DNA from: a virus
Reading direction: 5' to 3' (one strand)
Length of the DNA: 64,000 nucleotides
IMG/VR virus record: IMGVR_UViG_3300030012_001430
Span: 6,156-70,155 of that record
A program made the position numbers and the translations under genes. This document shows positions 57,801 through 64,000 of this stretch, piece by piece; the stretch's first letter is position 1, and the number at the start of each line of letters is the position of its first letter. A model generated the notes under the pieces. That model was not told the DNA's origin. It saw nothing but the letters and a program-made list of their open reading frames with translations, and did no database searches.

Positions 57801-60800
57801 AAGGATGATGGTGGATTCAAGATGTCAATCGCACCGATTTGTCCTTTGGTTATGGCTAGACTAGAGAACAACACCAGTGACAACAGAAGCGGATATTCAT
57901 TCTACATGGTGAACAACAATGTAAACACTGGTGGTTTCATACATAGAATAGACCCACAAATAGGGGGAAAGGGAAACCAACAAAACACCTTCTATACACC
58001 CAAGGAAACATACAGATATTGGGATACGCAAATATTGCAAGCAGGAACGATTACTAAGTCTGATGCTGGAATATACGAGAGTCCGACTCAACCACAAGCA
58101 ATATCTGCATACTCAATCGCTTATCCGATAAAGGCAGACGGTATAGCACCTTCTTCACCTACTCTATCTGTCTCTTCTGCTCCTCTGTTGGGAAGTAATA
58201 TGAATGATTCTAACTACACATTAAGAAATGCATTAGGTAGTGCATTCGTGGATACTGGTGGTGTGACTAATGTAGTGCCACCAAATCATGTGATTAGTTC
58301 AACTGGGGCAATTAACACAAGAATATCTGACATAAACAATTTGCTACACCACGCACCTAAAGCACAGAACTATGAGATATTTGCCACAGGAGATTTATTC
58401 CCGTATTCAAACTTAAGATACAATAACATTGGAAGTCAGACACTTAACTTTGAAGACTTATCATGTCTGCTAGAAAGCACTGGAAAGAATTCTGTGACAT
58501 CAGTTTCCCATTCGTCTTACAGTGGAACAACAAAAATGATTGAGAAGACAGACACAAACTATGAGAGAGTATCAATAAAATCTGCTAGTACGACCACTAA
58601 CAACATCAAGAGATTTGGTATTGCTAGATTAGTAGAAGCAACCTTTGATTGGCATTTCAATCCTGTTGACCCTGATTCACTACCCGCTCCTGATGACGCA
58701 TTACTAGACATCGAGAGATATCAGATGTATGCATCAAGAGAAGGCATTGCTACATTAGCAGCCGTGAAAGATGGTAGTGGCAATAATACATTGACTTTCA
58801 CAGGTGGCGGTACTATATCACTGGCAGAGGGAGATGCTGTCTTCAGAGCAGATACAGGAGAGTTGGTATTCATTGTCAAGGGAACTATCACTAATATGAG
58901 CAGTGGTGCAAATCAAACTAACTTAGAAAATGTAACAGGAGATAACACTGCTCTAAACACTCCCGCATACCTAATCAAACAATACTCAAAGTTGTCCTTT
59001 GAGATATTCAAGTTTGAAGATGAAGGACTACAAACCCCGATAAGTAATGATGAAATCGGTGCATCGCAGACAAAGGTAGACTTCACAAGCGTATACTTAG
59101 CAAGACCTAACTACCATTCTGAAAATGGTGTATTCAAGTATGCTAAACTCCTTAACAATGGTGATAGTTTTTCACCACCTAGTATATTCCTCCCCTTCGT
59201 ATTCAAATCATCAACATCAGTTACAAATCGAAATGTCTCAGATTTAAGCCCCTACCATCCTGAGTACACATGGCATACTAACACAGGATTGAATAGCGGA
59301 ACTGACGTTTTCACAAATAGTTCAAGGGTTATTGCAGGTCTAGTACACAGAAGCAGTGGGACTGATGTAACTAGAAGTGAAAAGTATGGACTACATACTG
59401 ATGCTCATCCATATGAGAATTGTATTGCGGTGTTTAGGCATATTAGAAAAGTTAGCAGCGATGGACCGTCTGTACCATCTGACATGTTCCAAACAAGTGC
59501 TATACTAGGAAGCAGACAAGAAATAGCCAACCATACTGCATACATAACTGCCTTTAATGGAGGTACTGGTCATACTGTGAACGACCTCGACCAGCATACT
59601 GTAAATACGATGGTATTCCGAAACAGCCCAAACACATACTCAATATCAGGAACTCATACTAGGTCAGGTCGGGCTAACAATACAATCTCATCTCCTAGCA
59701 ATAAGCCTAGTTTTAGTGATTTAGGAGAGACATACTTCTTACAGTCTAGTGAAGGAGACCCCTTGACAACCACAACCCATGACCTGCATGATGACGTTGA
59801 CTTCGCCTCTAGTGATAATGGTGGACTATACAGAGCGCAGATGATGATAAAACCAGTATTAGACATAACTGATGATAACATAACTATTAGCCAAACTAAT
59901 ATTGCGAGAGACACAATTACCATCGATATTAGTAATGCTGATTCACAACACACTTGGCTTTCATTTGTGCCAAATCTAACAGGATATTATCTCCTTGCTG
60001 AGAAGGGGTTAGAAATAAACAATGACTTGTCTCTCGGCCTTGCTGCTAAAGGAACTATTGCGAATGCATTGCAAAAGGGAGAGTTATTCAAGTCAGGTCG
60101 AGGAGGAAACATTGGTTTCATGGCTAAGATTCTCAGCCATACACAAACACAAACAACTAACACTGCTACTTCATTCACCCATGTGATAAAATTAGATAGA
60201 AGCATAGAAGCCACAGCCAACACTTTTGGGCAAGAAGTAGCAAGAAGACTAAGATTCAGATTAATGCGATTGGCAGAGACAACATTTAGAGATACACCGA
60301 AAGAGATAATTTTGAACAGATTACATTCGACTGGTTTGGATTACAGTGAGACAACCTCTAGATACGACACAGGCGACAGGTCAGGAAACTCAAATCGACA
60401 TCTAGACGAAGGGGTATTCAGTGCCTATGTTTTGATGAATTTGGATAAAGCACCTGCAACAAGCAGTATTGAGTCGATAGTTCCTGAAGTGGCTAGTGAT
60501 TCTGTGTATAACATACCATTCTCAAATGGCGATGTTTTTGATTGTTTTATCACAGATGGTACAAATAGACAAAGAAAACTAATTACTTTTACTGATATAT
60601 CACCGTCACTAGTGACTGGTACTAGACAACGAGAGGCTAAATTAACCTTTGAGGGAACATTGACTGGAAATGGAGTAGTGTCATTTGGTGAGATAATAGA
60701 CTTAGAGTTAGATAGAAAGCCAAACCTGAATAACATATCAAAATGTCATATCGGAACTAGCATGATTATTGGTGAAGAGGTAGAGACAGAGATTGAGCGT

Positions 60801-61886
60801 ATAGCCAAGGAAGCAGGTCTAGATATTGATATGGTGCAGTCTCAAGCAGAGTTCACTGGAAACATAGTGAGTTCTGTCTCCAATAATGTCATCACTTGCA
60901 AAGCCACAGTAGAGAATATTGTAGCAGGAGATGTCATATTCACACATGAAGGATATCCAATAGGCTCTGTTTCCTCTATTAGTGGCACTACAATCACTGT
61001 TAACGATGTAGATGATGATGATGCAGATGTGGATTTGTGGTTTGTTCCTCTTCTAAATGATGAGATAATCAAGTTCAACAAGAAAACATTCGTTACTACC
61101 GATAATTTCATTCAAACATCTGCTTTCCAAGTATTGAACAAATTAGCAGGAAAGAAGAACTTGGATTTTAAAATCAATAAGAAAAAAGTGGTATTTCGTG
61201 ATTTAAATTCTGCTGCCTTATTGAGAAAACAGGCAATTTCTTATCGAAGCCATAGAATCTTCTCAGTAAAGAAAAATAGTTCGTTGTTTGCTAAGGCTAA
61301 CAAAGTGACTGTGATTGGTGATAGAATAAGAACAAGTGTGGCGAATGACGAGAGCGGTACACACATCAACTTCGTAGATGCGAATATCAGAACCATTACG
61401 GATGCGAAGGTAAAGGCAAATGAGTTGTTGGAACTACATTCATCAGATGCTAGGAAGATAACCTTGAATGTTGAGAAGAAAGGTCTTGAGACTCTTGAAG
61501 CGGGTGATATCATTTACTTGGACTTCCCTCAATATGATATTCCACCGAATGATTATGTCATCTTCGAGATAGAGAATGTACTAACACCAACTCTTACTAT
61601 GACAGTAGGCACGTTTGACAAGACGATAGCAGAGAGATTGTCAGAGATAGGAAGTAAACAAGATTCTAGCAGTTCTACATTGTTCAGCAGAAATTCACAA
61701 CAGATTTCAGTTGGTAAAGTCTTTAAGGATTCTATACCGTTAAAGACTACATTGGTTCAGTATACAATCACAGGAACGGGTGAGACAGCCAATATGGGCT
61801 TCGATGACCTGTTTGGATTTGGTGAGACATTAGGATTCGAGACAACAGCAGGACAGGTTATAGGATATTACACAAGTGAGGATTGA
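54846..61886 (+). CDS. very large tail tip/hub protein (about 2350 aa)
   Basis: C-terminal NKVTVIG...LEAGDIIYLD hub-like segment; position. Confidence 0.75.
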   Translation: MAKTNGTILYPLKSGVNESNATEAYASMTTEFSDGFAFKDVSVNPVLKATYVESETTGTGTATSDVVPSVIFTEIRKGSHGGSISNDKPDQIGNRLLPSNKTIANYAITKETTPPFKVKAYDTSISTGETNRKFVYADTSLGDSVIDHPATDVVALDIERYDYFIMLNPEIYDSSTQTDTARPHFAKITRISTFDEFGDGLEFSPKYPTSIPKGTNFEIFKGPAKTDTDVMAVSYGLRGDNQASTDNYDVLNRVDRPTFYFYNDRLEQDDQLDYMEKYTVTRLRWYDYNIALGTGDSGNAVAFTSSSAAYSAFEEGSSSKKLFVNTGSYPQFMNRVFQGMSLFNDSDDSFVGNVKTINTSDNSIELDFARQASTAWRSQSSSFVLTYGKGIQNIVFRTESKLKGTITNIGRRKLDATLVDNLRTTDDGDSNFNPILWHKAFPNMKRHTGDSTSTTSATLDGNRTGPSRYITSDPRPRRNDIIPFTTDIIVNNPQNKMSKIFKTKLLNNSGMMSEKIREGQKLKAMKTTFSDKMTFKKLPFKASKVDGANEIRFTEMLDTHDYALSTKLAANSIIKVDGYYYAIDAVQSKSSGTQDVTVKANKTLKATTFTVTPTVHDFDNEDVEIAAWTGVLNTEDFDSDTQVVYADGNRLTVSGTTIPKEDSKFYDTKVVFSNLSTHQNHVDYIDKDMEYVKFQDASRKFYQNTNIQRFYYYTDTYSLQEEVFDGTVELSETSAENGLSTLVIEGRDTNAALLNTLIDKNLSFSEDMVYSTLNPIIPALNEATMDVSNVSGKVITHAAISNWNTTALARTLLFTRSTTEADNMIFIGEVASVTGNNQSTTLTHEPLVTLSTTANTDIYYYDPHSEATYLSGKKAIGSNPLLTNSAADFSRVSDKGLVFSDSFSFDRTGTRTKLESTSNTASFDNDRTLGYDIASPISINSLNTSTLNADSAFAIQLSKETGVSTTKINKMTYASEMFDIVETISKDDGGFKMSIAPICPLVMARLENNTSDNRSGYSFYMVNNNVNTGGFIHRIDPQIGGKGNQQNTFYTPKETYRYWDTQILQAGTITKSDAGIYESPTQPQAISAYSIAYPIKADGIAPSSPTLSVSSAPLLGSNMNDSNYTLRNALGSAFVDTGGVTNVVPPNHVISSTGAINTRISDINNLLHHAPKAQNYEIFATGDLFPYSNLRYNNIGSQTLNFEDLSCLLESTGKNSVTSVSHSSYSGTTKMIEKTDTNYERVSIKSASTTTNNIKRFGIARLVEATFDWHFNPVDPDSLPAPDDALLDIERYQMYASREGIATLAAVKDGSGNNTLTFTGGGTISLAEGDAVFRADTGELVFIVKGTITNMSSGANQTNLENVTGDNTALNTPAYLIKQYSKLSFEIFKFEDEGLQTPISNDEIGASQTKVDFTSVYLARPNYHSENGVFKYAKLLNNGDSFSPPSIFLPFVFKSSTSVTNRNVSDLSPYHPEYTWHTNTGLNSGTDVFTNSSRVIAGLVHRSSGTDVTRSEKYGLHTDAHPYENCIAVFRHIRKVSSDGPSVPSDMFQTSAILGSRQEIANHTAYITAFNGGTGHTVNDLDQHTVNTMVFRNSPNTYSISGTHTRSGRANNTISSPSNKPSFSDLGETYFLQSSEGDPLTTTTHDLHDDVDFASSDNGGLYRAQMMIKPVLDITDDNITISQTNIARDTITIDISNADSQHTWLSFVPNLTGYYLLAEKGLEINNDLSLGLAAKGTIANALQKGELFKSGRGGNIGFMAKILSHTQTQTTNTATSFTHVIKLDRSIEATANTFGQEVARRLRFRLMRLAETTFRDTPKEIILNRLHSTGLDYSETTSRYDTGDRSGNSNRHLDEGVFSAYVLMNLDKAPATSSIESIVPEVASDSVYNIPFSNGDVFDCFITDGTNRQRKLITFTDISPSLVTGTRQREAKLTFEGTLTGNGVVSFGEIIDLELDRKPNLNNISKCHIGTSMIIGEEVETEIERIAKEAGLDIDMVQSQAEFTGNIVSSVSNNVITCKATVENIVAGDVIFTHEGYPIGSVSSISGTTITVNDVDDDDADVDLWFVPLLNDEIIKFNKKTFVTTDNFIQTSAFQVLNKLAGKKNLDFKINKKKVVFRDLNSAALLRKQAISYRSHRIFSVKKNSSLFAKANKVTVIGDRIRTSVANDESGTHINFVDANIRTITDAKVKANELLELHSSDARKITLNVEKKGLETLEAGDIIYLDFPQYDIPPNDYVIFEIENVLTPTLTMTVGTFDKTIAERLSEIGSKQDSSSSTLFSRNSQQISVGKVFKDSIPLKTTLVQYTITGTGETANMGFDDLFGFGETLGFETTAGQVIGYYTSED

Positions 61887-61888
61887 AG

Positions 61889-62248
61889 ATGACAGTAGTA
61901 AACGAAGGGGCAAGCAGAATAGCGACATTGATAGCAACAGATTTCAATATCATTGCGATAGGCGATGGCGGAGACAGCACATCAGCAAGCCAAACAGGGT
62001 TGAATAACTTCGTCTTTCAACATCCTTCAACTCAAACACCAACAGTGGTGGGTTCTACATTGATTTACAATGTTAGTTTCACAGGGTCACAGATACCCCC
62101 TTCAGGAGTTTCGGAATTAGGCATTTTCAAATCGGGTACTACAAACGGAAACGGCACGTTATTGAGCCGAGTCACCTTCACGAATACTGGTGTTGTAGCA
62201 AGTGGAGACACAGTTTCGTTTACAGTTAGAGTAGAGGTGGGTAATTAA
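61889..62248 (+). CDS. small baseplate/tail-fibre attachment protein
   Basis: IAIGDG...SELGIF...LLSRVTF pattern. Confidence 0.65.
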   Translation: MTVVNEGASRIATLIATDFNIIAIGDGGDSTSASQTGLNNFVFQHPSTQTPTVVGSTLIYNVSFTGSQIPPSGVSELGIFKSGTTNGNGTLLSRVTFTNTGVVASGDTVSFTVRVEVGN

Positions 62249-64000
62249 TGACGACAAATCCGGGTATTATTTCGACACTAGCAACCAATCCATCTAGTAC
62301 GCAACTCAAGGATGGAACAGACAATATACACTCAGGAATCATCAAGGCACTACACGCTGCCACTGGTGAGAACAGAGGGATAGATGGGTTCGCATTAACA
62401 CAGGTTGATGGTGGAACAACTACTTCGTTTCAAGTCGCAGCAGGTAAGGTTCTGAGAGATGGTAAGTTAGTAAGCGTATCAGGTGATACATTAACAACCA
62501 CTGCCGCTACTATTGCTCCTAACTCTAATGATTGGTATGGTGTGATTGTAGTAACCTCGTCTAATGCCTTGGCATGGAGGCATGGTGCTGTCACTGGAAA
62601 GGCGACCACTAGTGCAGCCACAGTTGCAGAACTGGCAACAGGAGACATACCATTGATTGTCATAAAGGTAGATACAGGAGATGCAAACGATGCTACGGAT
62701 AGACTACATCAGTTCCTATTCTACCCACAAGCGGTTCGACAGTTCTCTGCAATCAACAGTGGTTCTGAGACAATGCGAATCAACAATGATGGAACACTAA
62801 CCAAGGGTTCTGCTACTATTACACTTCCATCTAGTACAGGAACATTAGTCGTAGACAGTGAGATATCTAACTTAGGAGCAAGCAATTTAGCAGCCAATGC
62901 AGTAACTAATGCGAAGATAAACAACGGAGCAGTAACAGAAACGAAGTTAGGAACTGCTGCTGTTACAACTACTAAGATTGCAGATGGAAATGTTACGACT
63001 GCTAAGATTGCAAGTGATTCAGTGACCTACGATAAGATACAAGACATTAGCACAGCAAATCGAGTCTTAGGAAAGGCTTCCACTGGAACAGTCGAAGAGG
63101 TACAAGTCACATCAGCCATGATAGCAGATGGAACAATCGCAACAGCAGATGTGGCTAATGATGCAATCACATACGCCAAGATGCAGAACGTGTCTGCTAC
63201 GAATCGAATACTAGGAAGAGATTCTTCAGGTGCAGGAAACGTAGAGGAGATAACTCCTGCTAATCTAGTGACCATGCTTGGTATTGAAGCGGGTGCAGAT
63301 GTCACAGATACAGACAATGTAACGAATGCTTTGGACGGTGTAAGTCTAGGGGATTTCAGCCTTGGTGATACGAATGACAATATTAGTGTGGGTAATCTGA
63401 CTGTTGATGGTAATCTAACCATTTCAGGAAGCACAACAACAGTCAACTCAAACACTGTCAACATAGGAGATAGCATAATCACTCTAAACTCAGATGAGAC
63501 AGGCACACCATCACAAGACGCTGGTATAGAAGTAGAGAGAGGAAACCAAACCAACAAGACACTATTTTGGGATGAGAGTGCAGGAAGATGGACAGTTGGC
63601 TCTGAGACATTCGTTGCAGGTACGTTCATTGGAAATGTGACAGGAACTGTATCCTCTGCTACTGCTCTAGCAAACGCTAGGAACTTTGCACTATCAGGCG
63701 ATGTAACTGCTAGTGCGGTATCCTTCGATGGTACAGGAAATGTAACACTGTCAACTGCGATAGGAGGAAACACAATCAATACTGCCGAGTTAGTCAACTT
63801 GGGTGTCACAACAGCAAAGATAGCAAACGGTGCAATAACTGATACTAAATTAGCAACTGATTCTGTCACAACAGTCAAGATACTAGATAATGCTGTGGAC
63901 AGTGACAAGATAGCAGATGATGCTGTTAGAACTGCTCATATCGCAGATGACCAAATAACTGCTGCTCTATTAGATGACAATGCAGTAGGAACTGCTGCAA
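62248..64000 (+). CDS. tail fibre protein, truncated by the window end (not in ORF track)
   Basis: ATG overlaps the previous TAA; MTTNPGIISTL...; repeated (A/S)VTxxKIAD units. Confidence 0.8.
   Translation, partial: MTTNPGIISTLATNPSSTQLKDGTDNIHSGIIKALHAATGENRGIDGFALTQVDGGTTTSFQVAAGKVLRDGKLVSVSGDTLTTTAATIAPNSNDWYGVIVVTSSNALAWRHGAVTGKATTSAATVAELATGDIPLIVIKVDTGDANDATDRLHQFLFYPQAVRQFSAINSGSETMRINNDGTLTKGSATITLPSSTGTLVVDSEISNLGASNLAANAVTNAKINNGAVTETKLGTAAVTTTKIADGNVTTAKIASDSVTYDKIQDISTANRVLGKASTGTVEEVQVTSAMIADGTIATADVANDAITYAKMQNVSATNRILGRDSSGAGNVEEITPANLVTMLGIEAGADVTDTDNVTNALDGVSLGDFSLGDTNDNISVGNLTVDGNLTISGSTTTVNSNTVNIGDSIITLNSDETGTPSQDAGIEVERGNQTNKTLFWDESAGRWTVGSETFVAGTFIGNVTGTVSSATALANARNFALSGDVTASAVSFDGTGNVTLSTAIGGNTINTAELVNLGVTTAKIANGAITDTKLATDSVTTVKILDNAVDSDKIADDAVRTAHIADDQITAALLDDNAVGTAA

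Noticed and set aside
15346-63908. Numerous minus-strand ORFs in the right arm (e.g. 20663..21409, 49929..50807, 63027..63908)
   Set aside because: S/F/L-rich antisense shadows of purine-rich plus-strand genes

Overview
This window is most of a tailed archaeal virus genome (HK97-type head, long non-contractile tail). The TFIIB gene, GGTGA-type ribosome-binding sites, ATP-dependent ligase and halovirus-like head genes suggest a marine euryarchaeal virus, probably a magrovirus of Marine Group II/Poseidoniales; the host is inferred, not verified. The left arm (1-10.8 kb, minus strand) carries a ThiF/E1 enzyme, TFIIB, class II ribonucleotide reductase, a ubiquitin-like protein ending VVGG-C, a pyrimidine-dimer glycosylase-like protein and an ORF-free structured region. 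An AT-rich iterated segment (10.8-11.2 kb) marks the strand switch. It is followed by small, probably early, genes (11.4-15.2 kb), each unit preceded by a repeated palindrome + covarying stem + fixed-spacing promoter element. The right arm (15.3-64 kb, plus strand) holds the packaging, head, neck and tail genes. The most notable observations are: (1) a putative virus-encoded ubiquitin-like conjugation set (Ubl, E1, candidate E2, Cys-rich protein); (2) a shared W-x-x-(I/V/L)-(L/V/I)-K terminal tag on about 15 unrelated proteins, resembling the scaffold C-terminus and suggesting a capsid-loading signal; (3) an Arf-like small GTPase inside a membrane-protein module between head and neck genes; (4) two candidate large structured RNAs; (5) PeSL-like promoter cassettes. 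All family assignments come from motif recognition by eye; no searches were run.
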